From assembly GCA_963693365.1 (NCBI GenBank), contig CAVNZM010000006.1, forward strand, positions 4,254,764 through 4,318,763: a DNA stretch of 64,000 bases. Reading direction: 5' to 3'. The notes under the pieces were generated by a model. That model was not told the DNA's origin. It worked only from the letters and a program-made list of their open reading frames with translations, and did no database searches. Within the stretch, counting starts at the first letter, position 1, and each line of letters starts with the position of its first letter. The translations under genes were made by a program, and so were the position numbers. Of this stretch, positions 50,532-63,696 are shown piece after piece. Origin of the DNA: Amoebidium appalachense. Its lineage: Eukaryota; Protista; Ichthyosporea.

Positions 50532-50889
50532 GCGCGCGCGTAACCATAAACTATTTCTAAATTATTAATTAAAGGAGGAAAGGTTATCGGGTTCACCGTG
50601 CAGTCGGTGGGTGTATCTGTGTGGCGGGAATTGTATGTGTGTGTGGTGTGGGTGAGTGTATCTGCATGCTCATGCATAAGTCGGGTGCATGATCGCTGGT
50701 TAAAGTTTGTGCACCTGGTGCGCTTGTGTGGTGCATGTGTATGCAGATACGTTAACTAAATACGTGTGAGAGAGAGAGTGTGTGTGTGCTCGTGTGGAGG
50801 GGTGACTGGAGACGAGTGTGGGGGGGCGGGGAGGGGGAGGGGGGAGAGAGGAAAGGGGATTGGGCAAGGCGGGGGGAGGTGGGGGAGAA

Positions 50890-50920
<31 letters not shown>

Positions 50921-51809
50921 AGGGGGGGAGGGGCCCCGGGGATGGGGGGAGTATGACCGTACAACATAGAGCCTGAGTTTCAGGTGATCAAGAACTCCTA
51001 TTAGTTAGCCTCAATGTTTAAAGTTTGGCAATACTGTAAACTGCTGAATCATCACAAAGAATTATGATCAGGCCATCTGGTATTGTCACATAATGGCAGT
51101 CTATGGGGTGGGTGGTCCCCCCCTCCCCCCCCTCCCCCCTCTCCCCTAGGGGAAGGGGACCCGCCTACTCAGGTGGGTGGTGGTTCTCCTCCCCCCGAGT
51201 CCCCCTGCTAGCCGGAGGGATAGTGAGTCCTCCCCTTTCCTGCGGGGGCCCAAAGGGGAGGGGGGGGGGGGGGGAGGGATCCACCTTTCCAAAAGCCGGT
51301 TGTGTGGGGGGGGGGGGGGGAGGGGGTGCACCCCTCCAAAGTAACTACTACCCCCCTTCCCGTTTCAAAATCAAGAATTCCTATGATGATAAATACTAGA
51401 GTTTTTTTTATTTAGGATTCTAGGGGTTACCAAGGCTAGGGAAAAATAATATAATAAGATAAGATGTGGTATGCGTGTGCGTGTGCCTGTGTGGCGGCGC
51501 ACGTGTGGGTGTGTCTTAGTGCGTGTAGGTCTAATTTACAGTTTCCGTTATGAAATGCAAAGTCGATAACACAAGTACTGTTGCATATGAGTGCATGCAC
51601 ACGCCATATGGTAACGATAATTCTACAAGGTTAAGAATTCCATATATTACATTCACCTTTTTAAATCGATGCATACCACATGTGGCAGAAACCAAAACGA
51701 CAAGGGCTCGGGGGTGCCAGCAGAAAAGAGACTCTGATGCGCGGCAATGAAGAATTGATGATGTGAAATCCCCCCCCCCCCCCTCCCCCCCAACCCAACC
51801 CACCCATAT

Positions 51810-51843
<34 letters not shown>

Positions 51844-52439
51844 TGCACCTTCTATTGCATGCATGGAGTAGTTCTAGAGTGTCCGGGTTAAAGCAACCCC
51901 TGCTGCAGCTGGTCAAAAAGTTGCTTGGACTCGTCAGAGAAATCCCCCCTCCCCACCCCATCCCCTCCCCCTCCCCTCACACACACACAGGCAACCCCCC
52001 CCCCCCCCCCCCCCCCCCCCTCCCCGCCCCTCCCTCCCCCCAGCCCCCCTCGCCTCAAGTACATCAAATCATTACACTTCAAGCCTTAACTGCAACAGAA
52101 ACCGTGATTCTAATCATGCGAGCCCCCCCCCCCCCCTCCCCCCCCCTTCCCCCCCCCCCCCCCCCCCCCCCCCCCGCCCCGCCCCCTCCAAAACCCCCCC
52201 AACCCCCCAACCCCACCCACCCACCCGAATTGCTGGGGGGGAAAAAAACGCCTGCTGCCCAAAGTTTCTTGACTTCCTGTGTGCCTCTCAGACTGCCACG
52301 GCGAGGATCAAGTTATGGTTTCAAATGCCAAGTTCTCCCAGAGGCCCTCCAAAGTTTAATTCCGGGCCAACCCTCTGCACACACACACACTCCGGGCACA
52401 TACACGCACAACGCACACACACACACACACACACACAAA

Positions 52440-52536
<97 letters not shown>

Positions 52537-52748
52537 GGGATTACTGAGAATCTCACACATACCCCCCCTCCACACACACACAGACGCACACACACTGGGG
52601 CAAACACATACACAACGCATACACGGTGTAGTTGGGAATTCTTCAGACAGCCACTTTAGGCATTGCTTTCTCACAGACTGTGCGTGCCTGTGTGGATGTT
52701 GTGTGCACATCATACAGTGTGTGCCGGGGAACTTTTTTTTTTTTTTTT

Positions 52749-52806
<58 letters not shown>

Positions 52807-53222
52807 AATATAACACTGTTGAACGAGGAGTTCCACGGGGGTGTGCATGTGTTCGTGTGTGTACGAGTGCATTAAAAGGGGGGAAGACCACGGGTCATCA
52901 AAAAAAAGCTATTAAGCAAGGTGATATTAGTTCAGTCACCAAATCAGCACTAAGAGATAACCATGACTCTGGCAAACTGAGTGCTGCATTCGTCACATGT
53001 GTAATGAATCAAACACCGTGCCATACAACAGAACAACAGACTGTTGTTCGGGGCTTTTACGTACATTTCGGAATTTCACATATGTGGGCCAGCGAACCTT
53101 AGTTTCAGCTAAGTTATTTGTAACCGTGTGCATGTGCCTGACTCTCTGCTCTCTGGGTCTCGTCACTTTTTTCTTCCTGTTTTAAAAATATGCTTTAGCA
53201 AACGTGAAGCCAGGTATGAAGG

Positions 53223-53439
<217 letters not shown>

Positions 53440-54163
53440 TGAGCAAGAAAGAGAGGGATAGAGAGAGGGAGAGAGAGAGTGGGTGTGTGTGTGTTGGAGG
53501 GGAAGGGGCGGGGGATGGTGGTGCACTGGTGGTGGTGGTGGTGGTGTAGGGGAAGAGGGGAAGGGGGAGTGGGCAGAGAGATTGAAATTTGTAGAACTGG
53601 GAGTTGAAGGCTAATCGTGTAAAACGTGGTGTTTCGTAACTGATACTATCTGATTAAGTCTCACCTGCCTCCCCCCTCCCTCCGCCCCCCCCCCCCCCCC
53701 TGCCGCCCCGCCTCCCCCCTCCCCCCTCCCCCCCCCCCCCCCCAAAAAAAAAAAAAAAAAAAAAACCTCCCCACACACAAACACACCGCCACCATTATTC
53801 CCTACACACACCACACACAAACACAACCACTCACACATAAGCGCACAGACACACAAGACAAACACATGCACATCATCCTGTGCACACATCTACGCAACAC
53901 ACACAACACCCAACTCACGCACACGCACACCCACAGACACGCACATGCACAACACACAAGCATGCACGCACGCACACACACACACATACGTACAATACAC
54001 AACACACACACACACACACACACACACGCACGCCCAGCCGTGTACACATACACACACACACCCGGCGCGCGCGCTCATGCACACACGGACACACGCACAC
54101 ACGCACACATGCACACACACACACACACACACAGACACAGACACAGACACACACACACAGTGT

Positions 54164-54194
<31 letters not shown>

Positions 54195-54251
54195 GCACAC
54201 ACACACACGCACAGACACGCCACACACACTCATACACATACACACACACAG

Positions 54252-54450
54252 TGTACGTTGATCTGCAAGGGATGTTCTAACAGACAAATTTAGGCGAAAA
54301 GAATGGGTAAATCAAAAACACTCTGAAGTCTCCAATATCTCAGACCTATTTTATGAGCAAGAGCCTAAACGAGCTACCACTTATGCAAAAGCCATTTTCC
54401 ACCTGACTCTTTCGATGATAATGATGCTGTGAAGAAAGATGCAACGCAGT
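54252..54450 (+). pseudogene. Possible THAP zinc-finger relic (transposase-derived)
   Basis: Across two frameshifts: CKGCSNR / RRKEWVN / YHLCKSHFPPDSF...KKDA, in the order of the THAP signature CxxxxC..W..CxxHF..AVP. The FP segment is missing. Confidence 0.35.
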
Positions 54451-54541
54451 ACTCTGTCCAGACCGGCTATCCGCGTTGTATAAAAATAAAGACTTTCCTA
54501 TTTCACGTTTTTGGGACTTTGTGTATCTGCACAACTAATGT

Positions 54542-54572
<31 letters not shown>

Positions 54573-54881
54573 TTCTCCCGAGTGCAGATGACGAGGAGAG
54601 AATGGATATCGAACCCGATAATCAATGTGACGAGTGTGAGGGTGGGGGGGGGGGGGGGGGGGGGGGCAGAGTTTGCGCAATTAAGATGATGAACTTCAAA
54701 ACCGTATGCCACGCCTCGGACTTGTTTTTTTTTTTTGGGGGGGGGGGGGGGGGGAGGGGGGAGGGGGGAGAGGGGGGGGGGGGTTGAAAATCTACCTACT
54801 TCCCTCCCCCCCCCCCCCCCCCCCCCCCCCTCAGAGTTTGTCCTGACCTTGGTCTGACTTTCTCTCTCTCTCTCTTCTCCT

Positions 54882-54932
<51 letters not shown>

Positions 54933-54944
54933 TTTTTTTTTTTT

Positions 54945-54987
<43 letters not shown>

Positions 54988-54994
54988 GGAGGGG

Positions 54995-55025
<31 letters not shown>

Positions 55026-55072
55026 AAGGGGGGGGGGGGGGGGGGTCTGCTTTTGAAGCATTTAGGTATTTA

Positions 55073-55300
55073 TTTTTACTGCCCGTTTCCGGCTGCTGAG
55101 CTACAATGTCGGCGACCGCCGTGAATTCTTGCACTGTTTTTACTGCCCTTTTTCGGCTGAGTGGAATGTCGGCGACCCCAAGATCGGCGACTCCATGAAT
55201 TATTGTGCTTTTTTTTTACTGCCCGTTTTCGTCGGCTGAGCTAGAATGTCGGCAATCGCGAGAATCCTTGTACTTTTTCTACTTCCCGTTTTCGCCTGAG
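55073..55300 (+). repeat. Minisatellite, about 3.5 copies of a 60-75-bp unit
   Basis: Unit approximately TTTTTACTGCCCGTTTTCGGCTGAGCTAGAATGTCGGCGACCGCCGTGAATTCTTGCACT. Confidence 0.85.
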
Positions 55301-55346
55301 TAAAGGGTTTATTTGATACAACTGCAGGACATTTGTGTCCACTGAG

Positions 55347-55381
<35 letters not shown>

Positions 55382-55391
55382 TTCTCCCCTG

Positions 55392-55619
55392 TCACAGGAC
55401 ATTTTTGCACCGGGAAATTTTTGCACTAGACCGTCTCCCTAGACTGTATAGAAAAGGTCTACCTAATCTTGTTCGAAATGAAGTTCTGTCTTTTTTCTTT
55501 TTTTCTCAGCCTGGTACTTTTTGCCCTCTTCAGGTGGTTCTGTGCTCCTCAGTAGTTGTAGTTCAGCTCTATGCTGATTATCATCACTAAGTCGACGCCA
55601 GCTTCCACGTGCATTAAAG

Positions 55620-55664
<45 letters not shown>

Positions 55665-55910
55665 CGTCCGTTACGCCATAACGGGGGGTTTGGGGTTTGG
55701 GGGAACATAAAGCTGACTTCTTTTTTCTGCCCAAAAAAATATAATGCTAGAACCTCAACAAAAACAGCTATTAGAAACGTGCTTTTCATATTTAAATGCT
55801 AACATGGCTCATGAGCACGAAATCACCCAGTGAAAACCCAGTTGAAGCAATACATCAATTATTACATCAACCTCCAGCGCAAAAATTTCCCGGCCCACAT
55901 ATTTCTGTGA
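55392..55910. mobile_element. MITE-like element with ~39-bp imperfect terminal inverted repeats
   Basis: Perfect 15-bp core CCGGGAAATTTTTGC (55410) / GCAAAAATTTCCCGG (55879); outer tcacag/ctgtga. Confidence 0.6.
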
Positions 55911-56029
55911 ACCCCCCCCCACACACACACACACACACACATCCCCTGACATTGTGTTCAGTGAATACCTTCCCCTCTCCCCTTTCCTCTTCCTGAGTCA
56001 GGGCCCCTTCCCCCCAAGCTCTTCCCCCC

Positions 56030-56067
<38 letters not shown>

Positions 56068-56653
56068 GGGCGCCCTATTTCCTTTCCTCCGGGGCAGGCT
56101 CCAAGGCATCACTAGGCATGACGCCTCTCATCGGTCAGATGGGCATCACTTAAAATGGCCCGAAGGGGGCAGGGGGGGATGGGGGGGGGGGGGGGGGGAG
56201 GGGGGGAGGGGGGGGGGAGGGGGGGGAGGGGGGGGAGGGGGGGGGGGGGGGGGGACGAGTTCAGAAAAGAGCAAACATATGCACTTCTTCATATTCAATA
56301 CAGCAAGCCAATCAAAGTGTGGTATTGAAAATGTTTTTATATACTGGCATGTTAATGTCAAATTGTGGAATAGTGCGCACCTCTTCTTATTAAGCCGAGC
56401 TTGCACAAGTTGCAGCTAGCACGTGCACAACGCCAGGTTGTGACTTCATCAGTGAAGAGTCGCGTAACAAGTCGCACCTGGCAGCTTTTTGTCCTCTCTC
56501 CATTTCTCGCCATTTTGGTCCTATATGCATGAATTATAGAATGCATATGCCCCCCCCCCCCTCCCCCCCCCCCCTCCCCCCGCTCCCCATCCCCTCCTCC
56601 TTCTCCCTATTCCTTCATATCACCCCCACTTGGAGGAGGTAGCCTCAGCCGGT

Positions 56654-56737
<84 letters not shown>

Positions 56738-57017
56738 TGCTGTGTGTGCGGGTGTGTGTACGTGTGTATGTGCATGTGTGCGTAAGTGTGTGTGCGTGTG
56801 TGCTACTGTGTGTGTTTGCGTGTGTGTGTGTGTGTGTGTGTGTGTTGGTGTCATGTGCATGTGTGTCTGTGTGTGTGTGTCACGTGATGCGTGTGTCCGG
56901 TGCGTTTGTGAACAGTGTCACGGTGTGTGTGTATGTGTGTTTGTGTGTGTGTGCTTTTTTTGCGTGTGTGTGTGTTAGCGTGTGTTTGTGTGTGCGCGTG
57001 CGTGACACTGTGTTGTA

Positions 57018-57338
57018 GGGCCCAACCACATCGGCTGAGTCAACTTGCTCCGAGCAGAATTATTCTACACAGAATCAATCTGCTAAAAACAGAATTTTCT
57101 GCTAAAAGCAGAATTATCATGCTAATTGCAGAATCAGTCTGCTGTCGAAAGCAGAATGATTCTGCTTTTTGCGGAATAATTGTGCTAAAAGCAGAATAAT
57201 TCTGCTAAAAGCAGAATATTTTTTCTTAAAGCAGAGTGATTCTGCGGTTGCAGAATACTCTGCTTTTAGCAGATTGATTCTGCTTTTGCAGAATAATTCT
57301 GCTTTTTGCAAGTCGACTCTGCCGATGTGTTTGGGCAC
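57018..57338. mobile_element. Foldback MITE (PIF/Harbinger-type ends) filled with ~14 palindromic ~20-bp units
   Basis: TIRs match at 27/31 positions (GGGCCCAACCACATCGGCTGAGTCAACTTGC); flanks GTA/TTA; interior unit GCAGAATNATTCTGCTAAAA. Confidence 0.8.
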
Positions 57339-57924
57339 TTATTGTGCTCTCCAGTGTGTGCCTGTATGTGTGTACATGTGTTTATGTGTTTACTGTCTGG
57401 GTGTGACGGTGTGCGCACAGGTGTCACGTGTGTTTGTGTATGTGCGTGTGCGTGCACGTGTGTGTGCCTATGTGTGCATGTGTCACGCCGTTGGTGAGAT
57501 TGCAGTGATACTACTACTGTGTATGTGTGTAAGTGTGTGAATAGTGTGGCTTTGTACGGTGAGGTCAGTGAGTAATCGATGGTGTGTGTGCACAAGTGTG
57601 TGTGCGCGCGTGTGTGTGCGTGTGTTCACGTGCATGTGTGTGTGTTTTTTTGTGAGCCTGAGGGAAGCAATGAGGAAGATGGGGACGGGAAGATCCTATG
57701 ACAGGATATGTTTGAAAAAAGCGGAACTGCAATAGAGCTCTCGAGGTCGGATAGGAAAACCGGTGAACCATCATGAGCTCGTATTTATGTTCGTGCAAAT
57801 ATGCTAGGTGTCACATCTGTGTGACATACTGGCATATAGAGTGTTCTTCCTCATTCTCCTCTGGCTCTCTCTCACACGTGCACGCTGGCGCATTGTCTTG
57901 CAGCCTTTCCTGTCTCGTAAGACC

Positions 57925-57989
<65 letters not shown>

Positions 57990-58347
57990 ACGGTGTGTGT
58001 GTGTGTGTGTGTAAATATGTATGTGTGCGTGCGTGCGTGTGTGTCTTGGGTGTGGAGAGGTTTGGGGAAGGGTCACCGTGGGGGGTGGGGGAGAGTTGAG
58101 AGAAGGGAGGGGGGGAGGTGTGTGTGTGTGGGGGGGGGGGGGGGGGGGGGAGGGGGAGGGGTTGGGGGGGGGTTGGGGGGGGGGTTGGGGGGGGGAAAGG
58201 GGTGAGGGCGCCAAAACACTGATACGGCAAAAACGTAACATAACTCAGAGCCACCACAATAAATCAGTGTAAGGGCAACTGACTTTGACCCCCCCCCCCC
58301 CCCCCCGGCCCAGCCCCCCTCCCCCTCGAGTCCTTTTTTTTTTTTTT

Positions 58348-58420
<73 letters not shown>

Positions 58421-58528
58421 GGGTGGGATGGAAGGGGGCTCCGGGATGCTTCTATCCATTGCAGTTCTCAGGCCTTCAGAAGGCTTGGGAGCATCGTTTG
58501 CAGGACCCCACGTTTTTTTTTTTTTTTT

Positions 58529-58567
<39 letters not shown>

Positions 58568-58661
58568 ATACACCTGATTTCGCACACATACACACACACA
58601 CAGTTGCTCACAGCACACACAATCAAATACACATGCACTCAAAAACATTGTGGCACCTGAG

Positions 58662-58760
<99 letters not shown>

Positions 58761-59232
58761 AAACACACAAACACACAGAAACATATACACAACCTCCATG
58801 TTCTCCTTTGTGGAAATTTGGAGGGCAGATAAGTGTATTTCTTTTTCCCTGTTTTTTTTTTTCTTTTTCGTTTTTTTTCTTTTCATTTAACCCAAAAGAA
58901 CACACACTTAAAGATTTGCTTATATGAACCACCGTTCATCAGTCAACTACCAAGAGCACTAACTCTCTCAGCAGCTAAATACAAGTTAGACTAGACCAGT
59001 AATGAGATTCTAAAGATTGCGCCGGGCTGGGGGAGGAGGGGGGCGGGGGGGAGGCTGGAAGGGGGCGGTGACATGTAACGGCTGACTACCATGATCATGT
59101 CATTGATAATATGTGATACAGTTAAACCTCAGTTGTTAGGCCATGACACACATGCTAAAAACTTTCACCTCCACTCTCAATGATTCAACTTTAATTCCGT
59201 AAAAAATCGGTCAGTTACCCGGTGTTCAATAT

Positions 59233-60705
59233 TCACTTCATCCATGCGCAACTTGAAGGGTACTCGGACTGAGTGGTTCGTCCTAGTCCAGCAGAGCGTG
59301 TTGCTACATTTTGTCTCGAAGGTTTTTCCATGGAAAACATTCTTGCTTGTACTACCTGACACCAAAACTGATCCAACACATAAGACGTGCAGGGCAGCCG
59401 TGTCACGGCTGCAGAGAGGAAAATAATGGTGGGGCCATCTAAATGGAAATGGCCAAAGATCAGCATACCGTCAAACATGCCGTGCAAAACTATCAACGAG
59501 CGGATGTTTGCGTGGTAATCGCTGAACATTAAATTTGCGTGCTTTGTTCGGAAGTTGTAGTATATCCACAAGGTGGTGTAAGTTATCACCGTGGCCCAAG
59601 CACCTGCAAGGAAATAATGGCTAGACCACTCATTATCCTCGAATTTCTTAACGTACTCATCTATCCACACAGGGATGCAGGCTATTGTCCCCATAATGGG
59701 AAACAAGGGCAGCGGTGCATAATATTCCCATCCGGGGTGTTTTTGGGTCGCAAACGGATCGGTGAAAATGAGACAGATGATTCGCTGTCGCTGTACGATG
59801 GCGTTCGTGAAGAAGGAGAGGCAATAAAAAGACATTGATACCATGCCAATATATAGTGCCTCGGTACTCCCGGCCTTTCCTTCTATGTATTTGAGCCAAT
59901 CCAAGCCAACCTTTCCGTTTGCAGGCGGGTACGGCATCGTTTGGAGAGTCGAGGCGTAAATAATCATGACGGCGACGATTTGAAGCAGGGCCGTAGATAT
60001 AAATAAATGTACGAGGAACGGGACGCTTCGAGACTTGACGGCCGGGTGGTTGCGGTAGCGATAGGTGAAAAACAAAACGGCGAAAAAGATAAGAATGTGT
60101 ATGGCGCTGGCTATACACTGGTACACCATAACTTTGTTGGATTTGTCCTTTTGGCCACTGTACCAGTGTAGTGTCTCAGCCAGAGACGCCTGCATTGTTC
60201 CGACAGCGGCGAGTCTCATTGCTGGCGTTTTTGCATCCACAAGTTGTTGCGTGAACGTCTTCATTTCCATTTCAATCTCCGTTTTTTTGAGTCTCAGCTC
60301 ATTCGTAAACGATAAGTCGTCCGGGAATGCCCTCAAAGATAAAAAAAGGGTGATTGACTCAACTGCAAGCAAAAACGAAAAGCCGCATAGGAACGTTATG
60401 AATGTGAGGTGGTGGTACCTGGTCCCAAACCTTTGGTTGTTTTTCTGGTGTGATGACGAGAAAACACTCAAGTTGAAGCTGGAAACGGGTGAGGAGACAT
60501 ATGTGCTCCCGACCCTGCCGCCGAAATTGTCGAAACTTTGAACAATGTGTGTGGTCAAGTTCCTCGAAAGGGAGTCCTGCAGTGGCTGGGAAATGGATTC
60601 ACTCTTTTTCTCTGTTTTCGTGCTGGAAGAAACACTCCCGACACCCGAAGCGCTCCGAGAAACTGCGACGGGTTTGGGCTCCGGGTTGGAGCCATGAAAA
60701 TCCAT
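59233..60705 (-). CDS. Intronless multi-pass membrane protein B (N-terminal TM plus class-C-GPCR-like 7TM), 490 aa
   Basis: Intact ORF with eight hydrophobic segments; ICL1-like YRNHPAVKSRSVPFL and TM3-end QRQRIICLIF; paralogue at 44796-46224. Confidence 0.9.
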   Translation of the reverse strand: MDFHGSNPEPKPVAVSRSASGVGSVSSSTKTEKKSESISQPLQDSLSRNLTTHIVQSFDNFGGRVGSTYVSSPVSSFNLSVFSSSHQKNNQRFGTRYHHLTFITFLCGFSFLLAVESITLFLSLRAFPDDLSFTNELRLKKTEIEMEMKTFTQQLVDAKTPAMRLAAVGTMQASLAETLHWYSGQKDKSNKVMVYQCIASAIHILIFFAVLFFTYRYRNHPAVKSRSVPFLVHLFISTALLQIVAVMIIYASTLQTMPYPPANGKVGLDWLKYIEGKAGSTEALYIGMVSMSFYCLSFFTNAIVQRQRIICLIFTDPFATQKHPGWEYYAPLPLFPIMGTIACIPVWIDEYVKKFEDNEWSSHYFLAGAWATVITYTTLWIYYNFRTKHANLMFSDYHANIRSLIVLHGMFDGMLIFGHFHLDGPTIIFLSAAVTRLPCTSYVLDQFWCQVVQARMFSMEKPSRQNVATRSAGLGRTTQSEYPSSCAWMK

Positions 60706-61469
60706 CTATGTACTTTTCAAAGGAAAGCAGAACTTCGTTGCATGCTCAGCAAATGTGCAGAAAACTAGGTCTTTATGCACATGTGACCGTCGTTGAAAAT
60801 GGCATAGTGGATTTTTCTCGGCAAGGGGAAAACCAACTCCAGGCCTTGGCAAACAAACTACGCTGTTGCCTGGGGACAGAAAAAGTTCCACCCCTGGGCA
60901 GCGAATTTCGATGATCACTATAAGCCTTAGAAAACACACGAGTAAATTTAAAGGTAGTACTGAGTAGGAGGCCTTGGAGCTGAACGATTTGAGAATTACT
61001 GCCACTTGCAATGATCCACTAATCTGGTCGATCTCTTGGTATTCGAATGGCATGCGGCTTTATTATATTTATCTTGGGGGGAATGTGCTCTTTAGGAGTT
61101 TGGGCAGGGTTCGAAAGGGTCCAAATTATAAAGAAACTCGGAGCCTCGGAGGGGGGGGGGGGGGGGGGGGGGGGAGAGAGAGAGAGAGAGAGAGAGAAAG
61201 AGACACAGAGAGAGAAGAAAAAACCGTTATATCTCCACAAAATGATGAATATATATATATATCTTGTACGTTGTATCTACACACATAATTTGTACAAGTA
61301 TGCTTTCAAGTCGTTTTCTATGTGTGGCTAGCTAACTTGCAATTGGAAGTTCTGCTAAAGTTAACGGGCCTGGTCTCGTACCGATGGCCGTGGCCACAGT
61401 CCACTTTACCCACTTGAGTCCTCCTCCTAGGCCTCCCCCTCCCCCCTTCCCCCTGCGGCCCTCGCCCTC

Positions 61470-61511
<42 letters not shown>

Positions 61512-62055
61512 AAAAAAAAATCCCGGAGGTTCTTTGGGAATATGGGAAAAAAGTCTGGAGAATTCCCAAACTGTTTTCAGGGAATTTCGATTCCTGTTTT
61601 TGGATATGTTGGCAATTTGGGAATGCCCTAGCCGCACGATGATTGGTCCGCGGCGCAGCCTCATGGAGGTCACTGAAAGAAAAAAATAGAAGGAGAAAGC
61701 GGTAGGTAAGTGTTATAGAAAGACGGGGGCACACACAGAGAAATATAAAGCGGAATGGAACAGCGAGAGGATATGGAAAGAAAGACTTCTTAGCAAGAGG
61801 GAGGGATAGGGAGGGAGAGACGTCGCTGCACTGCGCAGCAGCTGCAGCCTGCGTTGTTATAAATCCGGTTTATAAATGATTTTTTTCAATTCTGCCTAAC
61901 CTTATATGGCTCACCGGAACAATTCGAATCTTGTGATTGGTTCGCCAAAAAAGTAAGGGCTAAGGCCTTGGCCAGGTAAGGGCCGCTCAGGCGGTGACAG
62001 GCCAAAATCTCAGACCGACAGCCTCTCAAAAGCAGTTAGGCCCCGATTTTACTTA

Positions 62056-63696
62056 GGGCCTGTTTGGCAACGCGGAGTTAGCGGCCATACTCCGGAGTAA
62101 GATCGATTTTGGAGTTAGGGCTAAAGCGGATTTTCTGAAATCCGCGATGCCAAACAGACGGCCCAATCTGGGCCTGTGTACGCCGGGTTTCAAACCCCTT
62201 GGACATCGCTTGTACTCCAATTTCTATAATCCACCTCCGGAGGTGGATTATGCGCGAAATGTTCAACGCCGTGTGAAGGTCTAAACCAATGAAAATTCAT
62301 GTAGTGAGACCTTTTTACATTTCTCTCTCGGCCAATTGGCGGTAGTGCAATATAGCCAAAAACAGTTAAAGTGGAAAAGACGCCAAACGGAAAGTCCGTT
62401 GTCACCGGCATGGCCAGCTTGCTGGGGAGCCTGCGACAGCCCGAGCGCAGGCTGCGACCAGCCACACACAGCCGGCCACGTGTGGTAGGTCGTATAAAAA
62501 CAAGCCCCCCCTCAACTATTCTTCCTCTTCGCGGCCAACTTGTAGGCAACCTTTTTTTTACCATTAGACAATCTTTTGCACATTGGTCAAGATTGTCTGA
62601 ACCGACAGGATGCCTGTAGGGGGAAGCAAAGAATGCAATTGCTGCAATTGCGGCCGAAAGGGCCATGTTTCGTGCTAAATACATAGTGGTTTTGCAACCG
62701 GAAACGTTGATGTTGTTATATATGCAAATGGTATCATTACAGTGTATACAAATACATACATACGGGACACTGCACAGTCACTACAAAAAGAATAGTACAG
62801 AGTCCTAGGTACGATATACGTGCAAAGTATGCGCACTCCGATCAACGTAAAACTTGCGCAATGTGACTTGATAAACTAAGCTGCAGCCACGGCCATCTAG
62901 AGGTGTTTCTAGATGGCCGTGGGCCCGGGTACCATATCAGGAGCGGGCAATTTTTGAATTCTCCCTTCCCGGCCCCGCCGGGGAAAATTTGAGGTTTTTG
63001 GACCTCAAAGAAGTCAAATCGTGCAAAATCCACTACCGGGAGGCCAAAAAGGGTGATTTCACAAAAAAAAGGAGGGTCATACATGAAAAAGAGAAAATGG
63101 GCGAGTTCAGTGGGCTGCCGATAAATATATTTCGTGCTGGGCCGGTATACATGCTGCCGTGGTTGTTGCTGTAGACGGCAGTATGGCATTGCATGTGTCA
63201 CGTGACCTGCACGTGAATGCGACCATGTGCAGGCACTGAGTCTAGGGGGATTTGTGTGTGTGTTTTGGAGCACCGACAAGGCAGAGCCAGGGTGAGGGAT
63301 GTGTAAACATGGAGTTTAGGGAGATCGTGCTGCTATTGTAACATGTGCACAAAACAGCCACGTGCACCACACTCCGGTGTACAGAACAATAATATGCACA
63401 TGCGTCACTGTAATATCATGTATGCGCATGCCGAACAAGGTTTAGGAGACCACCACAGTATATACTATTTTCTTTTGGTTGATATCCATGTAGGAATGGT
63501 GTGTTGCAGTTGTCATGATCAGCCTGAGACCTGCAGCTGAAAAAAGTGTTGTCTGTTTGGCACGAGCGGTTATTATCTACGCCATGGCAGGTTTTGACCT
63601 AAATCCGGATTACAAATCAGAATCTGGATACTGATTTGATACCCGGCGTATACGGTCTACGCCGGAGTTCGTAACTCCGCGTTGCCAAACAGGCCC
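62056..63696. mobile_element. Non-autonomous PIF/Harbinger DNA transposon, 1641 bp
   Basis: Perfect 25-bp TIRs GGGCCTGTTTGGCAACGCGGAGTTA; TTA target-site duplication at 62053-62055 and 63697-63699; no transposase ORF. Confidence 0.92.

Noticed and set aside
51860-52380. Coding-looking patches between C-runs (LLQLVKKLLGLVREI; PKFLDFL; minus-strand DFSDESKQLFDQLQQGLL*)
   Set aside because: No consistent strand, splice sites or family motif; could not build a gene.
56420-56460. Minus-strand CUGAUGA plus stem CACAAC/GUUGUG resembling a Penelope-type minimal hammerhead
   Set aside because: No GAAA follows stem II; at best a deleted relic.
55073-57320. Regularly spaced repeats (55073-55300; 57050-57320) as CRISPR-like arrays
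   Set aside because: No unique spacers, no cas genes, eukaryotic context; they are a minisatellite and a MITE interior.
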